From Candidatus Pacearchaeota archaeon (GTDB lineage: Archaea; Nanobdellota; Nanobdellia; Pacearchaeales; GW2011-AR1), in assembly GCA_041660485.1 (NCBI GenBank), contig JBAZWF010000001.1, positions 346,224 through 410,223 of the forward strand: 64,000 nt of DNA. The letters run 5' to 3'. Positions 1-8,662 of this stretch are shown here, one piece after another; position 1 is the stretch's first letter, and every line of letters begins with the position of its first letter. Below the pieces are notes generated by a model. That model made no database searches, had not been told where the DNA came from, and was given only the letters and a program-made list of their open reading frames with translations. The position numbers were made by a program, and so were the translations under genes.

Positions 1-1478
1 CAGGTTATGCAACAATTCCCCCAATTACTCCAAGTCAACTTGAAACAATTTTACATCCTCTTCCTGCTGAAAATAATTACGTATCAAAACTAACTAATAT
101 TGTTACATTTAATAGATTTCAAGGAAAAAATGAAGAATTAATGCAAGAAGCAAAAAATTCAGATTGCCCAACCTGTGCAAAAGAAGTTGAAGAAGACCCC
201 AATAATGGTCCAGGTTTAGGAGATAATACAATTGGAAGAAATTATGATATTACTTTATCTCCACAAGAACTTTGGAAAGATAAATTTATGAGTAATGGAA
301 AAACAGTTTATGTTAGTGCTATAAGGTCTGTTGATGCATATGACCTTAATTTAAAAATGGATTTATCTGGATTAAATAGTGGAGATTCATTTTATGTAAT
401 TGACCCAACTTTACCAAGTAGCATGGGCCCATTTAAATATGAAAATAATGAAACAACATATTCTGGACAATGGATGCCTACAGTAGAAGGAGATACAGCT
501 GTTCTTGTAGCAGTTACCTCTTCAAATCAAACACCAAATATAACTGCTAAAGAAATTAGTCATATGTTTATTCCAATTGGTGATATACCTTATGAAACTA
601 TGCCTAAAGAAGATCTTGAAAAACGTCTTCCTTGCATGTTAGATGTTATGTGCTCAAATAATCAAGCTGCAAAAGGAATTACTGCAACAAGTGCAGGTTT
701 TCTTAAAATAACTACAAATCAAGGTTCTTGGTATTGTAGTGGAAATTTAATTAATAATCCTAATACTCCTGAAAAAGAACCGTATTTAGTTACTGCACAT
801 CATTGCATTAAAAATAATTCAGAAGCAGTTGGAACAGAAGTATTTTGGGATTTTAAAAGACTTGCATGTGGTGGGCAAATTCCTGATAAAAATAATTTAG
901 GTAATTTCCCAAGAAGTCAGGGAAAAAAACTTCTTGCTACAAACAGCTCTCTTGATGGCACTTTAATTGAATTAAAAAGTGTTCCAGGAGGCATAAATGG
1001 TAGAAATTTTATGGGTTATAATACTTCGCAAAGAGCAGTAAACGAAAATATTTATGGTGTACACTTTCCCGATTCAACACGAATGTCTTATTCAGCTGGA
1101 AAAATTACTGAAGTAAATATGCCTGATTATAGAGTAAGTAATTTTATTTGGTCTCATCAGAATTTTATTGATTGGAATATATCTATGGCTGAACCAGGCT
1201 CTTCAGGTTCTGCATTGTTAAATAACCAAAATGAAATTATAGGTATGCTCAGTGCAGGCCATAAAATTCCATATACATGTAATGATGATTGGGCATGTTA
1301 TAGTTCATTTAGACATTTCTATAGCGATAATAATCTTAAGAAATGGTTATATGATAAACCAATTGAACCACCACCTTGTACAGGTTCAGAATGTGGAATA
1401 AAAATGGGTGGACAAGGAATATCTCTTGCAGGACTTGCTATGCTTAGTCCGCTTATGTTTAGAAGAAGAAAGAAATAA
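1..1478 (+). CDS. secreted trypsin-like (S1 family) serine protease, 5' partial
   Basis: The frame is open from the window edge, with no stop upstream of the M at 141. His motif VTAHHC and Ser motif EPGSSGSAL are present. The C-terminus has a hydrophobic helix followed by RRRKK. Confidence 0.65.
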   Translation, partial: GYATIPPITPSQLETILHPLPAENNYVSKLTNIVTFNRFQGKNEELMQEAKNSDCPTCAKEVEEDPNNGPGLGDNTIGRNYDITLSPQELWKDKFMSNGKTVYVSAIRSVDAYDLNLKMDLSGLNSGDSFYVIDPTLPSSMGPFKYENNETTYSGQWMPTVEGDTAVLVAVTSSNQTPNITAKEISHMFIPIGDIPYETMPKEDLEKRLPCMLDVMCSNNQAAKGITATSAGFLKITTNQGSWYCSGNLINNPNTPEKEPYLVTAHHCIKNNSEAVGTEVFWDFKRLACGGQIPDKNNLGNFPRSQGKKLLATNSSLDGTLIELKSVPGGINGRNFMGYNTSQRAVNENIYGVHFPDSTRMSYSAGKITEVNMPDYRVSNFIWSHQNFIDWNISMAEPGSSGSALLNNQNEIIGMLSAGHKIPYTCNDDWACYSSFRHFYSDNNLKKWLYDKPIEPPPCTGSECGIKMGGQGISLAGLAMLSPLMFRRRKK

Positions 1479-1480
1479 AA

Positions 1481-1906
1481 TTAAGAAACTTCTTTTATAG
1501 AATTATTATTTTCTCTTCCAAATTTTGTTATAACATCAACTCCTAAATAAGTTGCTATTCCTGCAATTAGTGTTGCAGGCACATCTTTTATATCTGGTGT
1601 CCCTGGCAATATTTGAGGAAGCAATGTTTCTCCAAGAAACATATAAGCAGTTGCGCAAGCAGTTGTTATTTTTGGAAAATATTCTGCTATTTTAACTAAA
1701 TTATTGCAACCTCGTTTCTCTGCTTCATTTATAACTATTCTGCTAGCAATTGCAGGTAAAATTCCTGAATAAGCAGCAATATAAGACCAATCACCAATAT
1801 AATCACTTACATAAGGAATCTCTTTTTGTGTAAGTTCCAAAATTGTATCTAGTGTTTGTCCAGACAAAGATACTAAAAATCCAATTTTACTTGCATTGCT
1901 AATCAT
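1481..1906 (-). CDS. hypothetical protein
   Basis: 141-aa ORF packed tightly between neighbouring genes. No motif recognised. Confidence 0.4.
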   Translation of the reverse strand: MISNASKIGFLVSLSGQTLDTILELTQKEIPYVSDYIGDWSYIAAYSGILPAIASRIVINEAEKRGCNNLVKIAEYFPKITTACATAYMFLGETLLPQILPGTPDIKDVPATLIAGIATYLGVDVITKFGRENNNSIKEVS

Positions 1907-1998
1907 TTATTTTATCATTTCTCTGTTATTTTAAACATTTCTATTCCCAAATATTCTCTTCCCAAAAACCTTTTAACCTATATCTCCTTGAATAGATT

Positions 1999-4359
1999 AT
2001 GGTTGAAATTAATTTACAGGAAATAGAAACAAAATGGAAAAATTATTGGGAAAAAGAAAAAATTTATCAGTTTAATCAAAAATCAAAAGCAAAAATATAT
2101 TCAGTTGATACTCCTCCTCCAACTGTTTCAGGAGAAATGCATATTGGGCATGCATGTTCATATTCTCAGCAGGATTTTCTTGTGAGGTATAAACGAATGA
2201 AAGGGTTTAATATATTTTATCCATTTGGAACAGATGATAACGGACTCCCTACAGAAAGATTAGTTGAAAAAACAAAAAATGTAAAAGCAAAAGACATGTC
2301 TCGTTCAGAATTTATAAAAATTTGCAAAGATTTCTTAAAAGAAGTTCGCCCAAAATATATTCAAGACTGGAAAAATATTGGTATAAGCTGTGACTGGGAT
2401 ATTTTATATTCGACAATTGATGATCATTCAAGAAAAATTGCACAATGGTCTTTTTTAGATTTGCATAAGAAAAAAAGAGTTTATCAAAAAGATGCACCTG
2501 CAATGTGGTGCCCAGAATGCAGAACAGGGGTTGCTCAAGTAGAGGTTCAAGATAAAGAAATAGATTCAACATTTAATGATATTATTTTTAAAGTTGCTGG
2601 CCAGCCATTAACAATAGCAACAACTCGTCCAGAATTACTCCCTGCTTGTGTTTCAATTTTTTATCATCCTTCTGATAAACGATATAAAAAATATCTTGGT
2701 AAAAAAGCAAAAGTTCCGCTTTTTAATTTTGAAGTTCCAATTATGGAAGATGAGCGAGTAGATGTTGAAAAAGGAACCGGAATTGTAATGTGTTGCACAT
2801 TTGGAGATCAAACTGATATGGAATGGCAAAAAGCACATAATCTTCCGATAAAACTTGCAATAACAACTGAAGGAAAAATGTCAGAGCTTGCTGGAAAATA
2901 TAAAGACTTGCCAATAAAAGCTGCAAGAAAACAAATTATTGAAGATTTGAAAGCAAATGGTTTATTGACAAAACAAATTCCAATTAAACACGCAGTTAAT
3001 GTTCATGAAAGATGTGGAACAGAAATCGAATTTATAAAAAGCAAGCAATGGTTTGTAAAATATTTAGATTTGAAGAAAGATATGTTAAAATGGGGAAATG
3101 AATTAAATTGGTATCCTGCATTTATGAAACATCGTTATGATAATTGGGTTAAAGGTTTGCAATGGGACTGGCTGATATCAAATCAAAGATATTTTGGAGT
3201 TGCATTTCCAGTATGGTATTGTAAAAAATGCAATGAAGTTATTTTAGCAAATGAAAAAGATCTTCCAGTTGACCCTGAAAAAGATTCTCCGCCTATTAAA
3301 CAATGTCCTAAATGTAAATCCCACGAATTTAAACCTGAAACAGATGTTCTTAATACCTGGTTTACATCTTCAATGACTCCGCAAATAGCAACCTGGCTTA
3401 TGCCAAAGCCAATTCAACCAAAATTATTTCCAATGAGTCTTCGTCCTCAGGCACACGAGATTATTTCATTCTGGTTATTTAATACAATAGTAAAATCAAG
3501 ACTGCATTTTAATAAAAATCCTTGGAAAGATGCTGCATTATCTGGTTTTGTAACATTGCAAGGTGAAAAAATGTCAAAGTCAAAAGGAAATATTATTCGT
3601 CCTCAGGAAATTATGGAAAAATACAGTGCAGATGCAGTAAGATACTGGGCAGCTTCATCAAAACTTGGAGAAGACTTTGATTATCAGGAAAAAGATGTTT
3701 TAACTGGAAAGAAATTTGTTACAAAAATACTTAATGCAACAAATTTTGTTATAACTAATTTAAAATATCAGAAAAAAATGCCGGTTTTAGAAGAAACTGA
3801 CAGAATTTTTTTAATTCAACTAAATAAAACAATTGAAGCATGTGGAAAAGCATTTGAAGAATATAACTATTCGCGTGCAAAAACCGAAGCAGATAATTTC
3901 TTTTGGAAAACATTTGCAGACAATTATCTAGAAATAGTTAAATTCAGAGTTTACAACGGAAATGCAAAGCAAAAAGCTTCTGCAAGCTATACATTATATC
4001 AAGCATTATTAACAATTCTTAAACTAATGGCTCCAATTACTCCATTTATAACAGAAGAATTATACCAATCCCACTTTAGAAAAAATGAAGGTAAAAAATC
4101 AGTGCATCTTGAAAACTGGCCAGAACAGTTTAAAATTAAATCTCAAAAATCAGATGATAAAATTTGGGAAAAGTTAATTGAAATTATTTATCTTGTTCGT
4201 CAGGAAAAATCCAAAGCTCAAAAGTCTATGAAAGCTGAAATAATCCTCACAATTCCAAAAGACGATAAAAAACTTCTTTTGCCAGTTCTTGATGATTTAA
4301 AATCAGTATCAAGTGTTAAAGAACTTAGAGAAGGTAGTTTTAGTGTTGAGTTTCTATAA
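1999..4359 (+). CDS. valS: valyl-tRNA synthetase
   Basis: Class I aaRS signatures PPPTVSGEMHIGHA (HIGH) and KMSKSKGN (KMSKS). The 786-aa size and N-terminal motif fit archaeal ValRS. Confidence 0.85.
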   Translation: MVEINLQEIETKWKNYWEKEKIYQFNQKSKAKIYSVDTPPPTVSGEMHIGHACSYSQQDFLVRYKRMKGFNIFYPFGTDDNGLPTERLVEKTKNVKAKDMSRSEFIKICKDFLKEVRPKYIQDWKNIGISCDWDILYSTIDDHSRKIAQWSFLDLHKKKRVYQKDAPAMWCPECRTGVAQVEVQDKEIDSTFNDIIFKVAGQPLTIATTRPELLPACVSIFYHPSDKRYKKYLGKKAKVPLFNFEVPIMEDERVDVEKGTGIVMCCTFGDQTDMEWQKAHNLPIKLAITTEGKMSELAGKYKDLPIKAARKQIIEDLKANGLLTKQIPIKHAVNVHERCGTEIEFIKSKQWFVKYLDLKKDMLKWGNELNWYPAFMKHRYDNWVKGLQWDWLISNQRYFGVAFPVWYCKKCNEVILANEKDLPVDPEKDSPPIKQCPKCKSHEFKPETDVLNTWFTSSMTPQIATWLMPKPIQPKLFPMSLRPQAHEIISFWLFNTIVKSRLHFNKNPWKDAALSGFVTLQGEKMSKSKGNIIRPQEIMEKYSADAVRYWAASSKLGEDFDYQEKDVLTGKKFVTKILNATNFVITNLKYQKKMPVLEETDRIFLIQLNKTIEACGKAFEEYNYSRAKTEADNFFWKTFADNYLEIVKFRVYNGNAKQKASASYTLYQALLTILKLMAPITPFITEELYQSHFRKNEGKKSVHLENWPEQFKIKSQKSDDKIWEKLIEIIYLVRQEKSKAQKSMKAEIILTIPKDDKKLLLPVLDDLKSVSSVKELREGSFSVEFL

Positions 4360-4404
4360 ATAAATCATATAAATCTTTTTAAAACAATTTTTCTTTTATA
4401 AAAT

Positions 4405-4674
4405 ATGTCACATATCCCATATATACCATTACAATATAGAAAAACAAAGATAGGAGAATCTGTTGAAGAAAAAAAAGCTTTTATTGAAAAGAAATCTGAC
4501 CATTTTATGTTAATTTGTGATTCAGAAAATCCCGACATATATGTTTTTGGAACTGTCAGTTTAAAAGATGAGGATAGTTATAATTTTTTACCAAGAGCAA
4601 GCGAATTAGAAAAAGATAACACTTTAGTTGAATTATTATACAAAAATCTAAAAGAGGTAATGATTCCTTTTTAA
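4405..4674 (+). CDS. hypothetical small protein (tandem paralog 1)
   Basis: 89-aa ORF. It shares a weak pattern with the next ORF (EK..I...S...LI.D.....G.V......Y.F.P). Confidence 0.4.
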   Translation: MSHIPYIPLQYRKTKIGESVEEKKAFIEKKSDHFMLICDSENPDIYVFGTVSLKDEDSYNFLPRASELEKDNTLVELLYKNLKEVMIPF

Positions 4675-4680
4675 TTTAAA

Positions 4681-4974
4681 ATGTTACCAAGATTACCAGG
4701 TGCATTTAATGAATCTTTAATTAAAGAAGAAACACCTATAAGTGAAAAAGAGAAAATCATTAAATCAAACAGTCTCACTTATGTACTGATAAAAGATTTA
4801 TCTAAATCAGATAGGACACAATATATGGGACTAGTAAGACCAAATAATAATGAAACTTATTTTTTCAACCCAGTAAATGCAAATGGAGAGCAGAGACTTC
4901 GATACACTGACTTAGCTTCTTTACTTCTCGGCCCAACAGTCAGCAGTTTATTAAGAGAGCCTGAAAATTCTTAA
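4681..4974 (+). CDS. hypothetical small protein (tandem paralog 2)
   Basis: 97-aa ORF starting 6 nt after the previous one, with weak similarity to it. Confidence 0.4.
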   Translation: MLPRLPGAFNESLIKEETPISEKEKIIKSNSLTYVLIKDLSKSDRTQYMGLVRPNNNETYFFNPVNANGEQRLRYTDLASLLLGPTVSSLLREPENS

Positions 4975-5171
4975 TAACGAATTATCCTAATAAATTATCT
5001 AATTAATCATATTTATCTAATGATACTTATAATAACTTAAATTAATAAAACCTATGATAGTCACGTGAGTAGATACGAACGAATGTTCTTATCTTTCTAA
5101 AAAAGATATTTTTTCTATCTGTTTATATCTTCTATACTAAAATTTATTAACCTGAATTAACACCTCTTTTT

Positions 5172-6269
5172 ATGACAGATGCAAAATCACTTGACTTTCA
5201 AGAATTTGTAGAAAAAATTGCTAGCTTTAGAGGCCGGCATACCGAGCTAGTGACAGTGCTGATACCTGCAGAGTATAATGTTAATTCAGTTGTTCATCAA
5301 CTAGAAGGTGAAAAATCAACAGCTTCAAATATTAAATCACGAACAACACGAAATAATGTAATTGAAGCACTTGAAAAAATAGTTCGTGAATTAAAATTAG
5401 GCCCTCAAAAATATGAAAAAGGAATTGCAATTTACTGCGGAAATATTTCTCAAGTTGAAGGACAAACAGACATTCAATTTTTTTCAATAGAGCCACCACA
5501 ACCATTAAAAGTTAGAATGTATCGTTGTGATCAGGAATTTGTTTATCAACCATTAAAAGAAATGACTGAAATAAGTGAAGTTTATGGATTATTAGTAATT
5601 GAAAGAAAAGAAGCAACAATTGGTTTATTAGAAGGTACACAAATTAAAGTTCTTCATAAAATGACTTCAGGAGTTCCTGGAAAAATTAGGGCTGGAGGGC
5701 AATCATCTCAGAGATTTCACCGTGTAACAGAAGGACTTGCAAAAGAATTTTTTAGACGAGTTGCCGAAGCAATGAAAGAATATTTTTTTGATATGCCAAA
5801 ACTAAAAGGAATTTTAATTGGTGGTCCAATACCAACTAAAGAAGAATTTATTGAAGAAGGACAATTAGTCACAGCACTTAAAAGTAAAATAATTGGTGTT
5901 AAAGATATTGGCTATGCAGATGAACACGGACTTCAATTATTAGTAGAAGCAAGTAAAGATGTTCTTGCTGAACAAGAAATAACTAAAGAGAAAAAAATTC
6001 TTGAAAATTTCTTTAATACTCTTGGAAAATTCCCTGAGAAAACTGCTTATGGTTATGAAAAAGTAAAAAAAGCACTTGAAATGGGTGTTGTGCAAACATT
6101 AATACTATCTGAAAAAATTCCAAAAGAGAAAATAAAAGAATTAATAAAAATTGCAGATCAAATGAGTACTGAAATTGAAATTGTCTCTATTGAAACTGGT
6201 GAAGGAGAGCAATTTTTTAATCTTTCAGGGATTGGGGCAATCTTAAGATATGCAGCTAATTTAAATTAA
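5172..6269 (+). CDS. prf1: peptide chain release factor aRF1
   Basis: Contains the NIKS motif (TASNIKS), the YxCxxxF motif (YRCDQEF) and the GGQ motif (AGGQSSQRF). Confidence 0.9.
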   Translation: MTDAKSLDFQEFVEKIASFRGRHTELVTVLIPAEYNVNSVVHQLEGEKSTASNIKSRTTRNNVIEALEKIVRELKLGPQKYEKGIAIYCGNISQVEGQTDIQFFSIEPPQPLKVRMYRCDQEFVYQPLKEMTEISEVYGLLVIERKEATIGLLEGTQIKVLHKMTSGVPGKIRAGGQSSQRFHRVTEGLAKEFFRRVAEAMKEYFFDMPKLKGILIGGPIPTKEEFIEEGQLVTALKSKIIGVKDIGYADEHGLQLLVEASKDVLAEQEITKEKKILENFFNTLGKFPEKTAYGYEKVKKALEMGVVQTLILSEKIPKEKIKELIKIADQMSTEIEIVSIETGEGEQFFNLSGIGAILRYAANLN

Positions 6270-6432
6270 TTTAATTTAAAATAATAAATATTCATTTTTA
6301 TTTCTTTGGAGTAATATTTGTTTAATACAAGGGTTTAAAAATCCCTCAAGCTACGATTATAATTATGAAAAAACAAATAAGACTTGTTTTTTCTATTAAA
6401 CTATAAATAAAATTACAAGGAGGTAAAAAATA

Positions 6433-6618
6433 ATGGTTGAAGCATATTGTGTTAAGTGTAAAGCAAAAAGTCAAATGAAGAACCCGGAAATTGTTCAGAC
6501 TGCTAGAGGAGGATACATGGCAAAAGGAAAATGTGGTTGTGGAACAGTTATGTGTGCTATGATGTCTAAGGAAAACGCAGAAAAAGCAATTAAAGACGGT
6601 GCTAAAAAAGCTTTTTGA
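6433..6618 (+). CDS. small zinc-ribbon protein (DUF5679-like)
   Basis: Cys pairs CVKCKAK...CGCG. A strong Shine-Dalgarno (SD) sequence, AAGGAGGT, lies upstream. Confidence 0.5.
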   Translation: MVEAYCVKCKAKSQMKNPEIVQTARGGYMAKGKCGCGTVMCAMMSKENAEKAIKDGAKKAF

Positions 6619-6678
6619 TAAAAAAACTCATTTTCTATTAACCGAAAGGTTTTTTAGTCTTGTTTTAAATTCTTTTAT

Positions 6679-6996
6679 ATGAATAACGAAAATAACCAAC
6701 AGCCAGAACAGAAAATAAGAGTTAAACTTCCAAGAAATCGGGAAGTTATAGGTCTTATTGACCAAAGGGTTGGTGGAAGTAGAATGCTTGTTAAATGTAG
6801 TGATGGCAAGGTTAGAAACTGCAAGGTTCCTGGTAGACTTAGAAGATCTTTATGGATAAGAGAAGGAGATTATGTTATTGTTGAACCTTGGGAATTTGAT
6901 GATGAAAAAGGAGATATTTTATTTAAATATAATCCAAATGAGATTAGAATTTTAAGAGAAAGAAATCTTTTAAACGGAATTGACTCTGAATTTTAA
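6679..6996 (+). CDS. eif1a: translation initiation factor aIF-1A
   Basis: S1-like OB domain with the characteristic strings VRVKLPR..EVIG, GGSRMLVKCSDGKVR.CKVPGRLRR..WIREGD.V.V.PW. Confidence 0.85.
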   Translation: MNNENNQQPEQKIRVKLPRNREVIGLIDQRVGGSRMLVKCSDGKVRNCKVPGRLRRSLWIREGDYVIVEPWEFDDEKGDILFKYNPNEIRILRERNLLNGIDSEF

Positions 6997-6997
6997 T

Positions 6998-7474
6998 ATG
7001 AAAACACTTTTTATAAAATCTGCAAGAAAAATAATGCAGAACCAAAAAGAACTTGAAACAAAGTTAAAAGTTAAATTAAATGTTAAAGGACAAAATATTT
7101 CTATTTCAGGAAATGAAGTAAATGAATTTTTTGCTGAACGTGTTTTAATAGCTTTAGATTATCCATTTTTAGTTGAAGATGCACTTTTATTATCAGATGA
7201 AGATTATATGTTTGAGGCAATTAATATAAAAAGTCGTACCCATAGAAAAGATTTAAGTGTTATTAAGGGAAGAATAATTGGAAAAGAAGGAAAAACACTA
7301 AAAGTTTTAGAAGAGCTAACAGGAGCAATTATTGCTGTAAAAGACAATAATGTTGCAATAATTGCAAGAAGTGATAATTTTGAAAAAGCTGTGCAAGGAG
7401 TTATTTCTTTAATACAAGGAAGCAAACAAGGAAATGTTTATGCTTATCTTGAAAAAGCTAATAAAAGAATTTAA
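6998..7474 (+). CDS. KH-domain RNA-binding protein (Dim2/Pno1-like)
   Basis: KH GXXG-type core IGKEGKTLKVLEELTG. ATG at 6998 directly follows the aIF-1A stop, so the track start at 6980 is probably over-extended. Confidence 0.6.
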   Translation: MKTLFIKSARKIMQNQKELETKLKVKLNVKGQNISISGNEVNEFFAERVLIALDYPFLVEDALLLSDEDYMFEAINIKSRTHRKDLSVIKGRIIGKEGKTLKVLEELTGAIIAVKDNNVAIIARSDNFEKAVQGVISLIQGSKQGNVYAYLEKANKRI

Positions 7475-7926
7475 GCAGGAACCGGGTCAAAAACAGTATT
7501 TTCTTCTAAGCTTTTAATAAATTTATTATAAATTATATCCATCTGTTCTTTATCTCTTTTATATTCATCGGAATAAAATGAAAAGATAATTTTTTGAGTT
7601 AGTTCAGAATATAAGTGTTTTGAAAGTATAAAACATTCATTTTGTAATCTTTTTACTTTTTCATATTTCTTTTCCCATCTCTCTAATGCCTTCATGCCTT
7701 TTGAACCAAACATTCTATTTTCTGCCCATCTGCGAACTTGTTCTTCATCTTCTTTTGCATCATCTATTATTTCTTTTGCTTTGTTTAAAGTTGTTTCAAT
7801 TGCCTTATAATCATTAATTATTGTTTCAATACCAGAATAATTATGCTCTTTTTTCATAATATAATCTAAAAATTCTATATGATTCATAAATTCATGGAAA
7901 TGGTCTAAATCTACATGTTCTTCCAT
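7471..7926 (-). CDS. hypothetical protein
   Basis: 151-aa ORF with helical, charged composition and no recognised motif. Confidence 0.4.
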   Translation of the reverse strand: MEEHVDLDHFHEFMNHIEFLDYIMKKEHNYSGIETIINDYKAIETTLNKAKEIIDDAKEDEEQVRRWAENRMFGSKGMKALERWEKKYEKVKRLQNECFILSKHLYSELTQKIIFSFYSDEYKRDKEQMDIIYNKFIKSLEENTVFDPVPA

Positions 7927-8048
7927 TTCATTTCATATTCCTTCTATTTTTAAGGTTTTATGTTTTTGCAGATAGTTAGTTTTATAAATACAATCAACTC
8001 CCTTTTATTGAATGCCTCGGTAGCTCAGTTGGTAGAGCACACGGCTGT

Positions 8049-8547
8049 AAGACAATAGGTTTAAAGTGAAAGATCCAAGAACTTACAAAGACAGAAGAAA
8101 ATATAACATTGAAGCTGTTTCAAGACGGAGAAAAGAAATTCGTCTTAAAGCAATTTTGCACCTTGGTGGAAAATGCATGAAATGTGGATATTCAAAATAT
8201 CCTGAAGTGTTAGAATTTCATCATAGAAATCCATTGCAAAAAGATTTCAATATATCAAGAAAAGGACATTGTAGGAGTTGGAGTAGAGTAAAAACAGAAA
8301 TTGAAAAATGCGATTTGCTTTGTGCAAATTGTCACAGAGAAACTCACGTTGAACTTAATAAGTTAGCAGCTTCTGAAAGAAATTTCAGAATGAACAGCGA
8401 GTAAATTCAGGGAAACCCTACATTAAAGATGAGGACAATCCTGAGCCAAGCCAGAAATGGAAGGTGCAGAGACTAGACACTCGCCACCTAAAGCCAAAAG
8501 CCAAGGTGATGGTATAGTCCTACCCTCTAAGTAATTGGAGAAGGTTG
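8049..8547 (+). mobile_element. group I intron (IC3-like) in the anticodon loop, between positions 35 and 36
   Basis: P1: exon GCUGU 8044-8048 pairs with the internal guide sequence (IGS) GCAGC 8366-8370, with a U8048-G8366 wobble. P10: GUUA 8362-8365 pairs with exon 2 UAAC 8548-8551. P2: 8371-8390, 8 bp with a GAAA loop. P3: 8397-8402 with 8479-8484. J3/4 is AAA. P4: 8406-8412 with 8439-8445. P6: CCA-GAAA-UGG 8451-8460. P7: 8469-8475 with 8515-8520, with one bulged A. P8: 8485-8489 with 8504-8508. The intron ends in G8547. Confidence 0.85.
8066..8404 (+). CDS. intron-encoded HNH homing endonuclease
   Basis: HNH signature CMKCG...EFHHRNP...N...CANCHRETH. GTG start at 8066, with an in-frame stop at 8048-8050 just upstream. 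The ORF lies entirely inside the intron. Confidence 0.75.
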   Translation: MKDPRTYKDRRKYNIEAVSRRRKEIRLKAILHLGGKCMKCGYSKYPEVLEFHHRNPLQKDFNISRKGHCRSWSRVKTEIEKCDLLCANCHRETHVELNKLAASERNFRMNSE

Positions 8548-8573
8548 TAACCGTGGGGTCAGAGGTCCGAGTC

Positions 8574-8587
8574 CTCTCCGAGGCGTT
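8574..8587 (+). repeat. direct repeat copy 1 (the genuine 3' terminus of tRNA-Asn)
   Basis: CTCTCCGAGGCGTT. This is the reference copy for the repeats at 9089 and 9889. Confidence 0.8.
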
Positions 8588-8662
8588 GCAATTTTAATTT
8601 AGAAAAGAGGGACTTAAAGAGAATATAATAATTCTTATAAAGTCAGAAATTTAAAATTAATT

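Larger units (their letters stand above)
8014..8585 (+). tRNA. tRNA-Asn(GUU) interrupted by a 499-nt intron (exons 8014-8048 and 8548-8585)
   Basis: Joining the exons gives a 73-nt cloverleaf. Acceptor stem is GCCUCGG/CCGAGGC with discriminator G. D arm is GCUC-AGUUGGUA-GAGC. Anticodon stem is CACGG/CCGUG with loop CUGU|UAA. T arm is AGAGG-UCCGAGU-CCUCU. Confidence 0.85.

Noticed and set aside
2312-2926. Three antisense ORFs (2312-2572, 2653-2838, 2741-2926) inside valS. Similar antisense ORFs lie inside purF-like (11986-12240), the nitroreductase gene, MCM (19575-19775, 20708-21079), tbp (21261-21482), metG, minD, leuS, alaS, the MutS-like gene, tfe (43774-43956, 43826-44101) and others.
   Set aside because: They lie wholly inside strongly supported genes on the opposite strand or in another frame, and have low-complexity, Leu/Phe/Ile-rich composition typical of AT-rich antisense frames.
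5172-6269. Whether the rather short aRF1 (365 aa) indicates altered stop-codon usage.
   Set aside because: The NIKS, YxCxxxF and GGQ motifs are all intact, and all long ORFs in the window are uninterrupted under the standard code.
8045-8551. Alternative readings of the split tRNA: tRNA-Tyr (loop CUGUAAG read entirely from the 5' side) or tRNA-Thr(UGU) (CU + UGUAA), or a conventional bulge-helix-bulge intron.
   Set aside because: TGTAA occurs on both sides of the intron, so several junctions are formally possible. Only CUGU|UAA gives a 7-nt loop together with a 5' exon ending in U, an intron ending in G, and contiguous P1/P10 pairing to the guide GUUAGCAGC. The G1-C72 pair and G73 argue against archaeal Tyr. 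A 499-nt intron with a full group I core is not a BHB intron.
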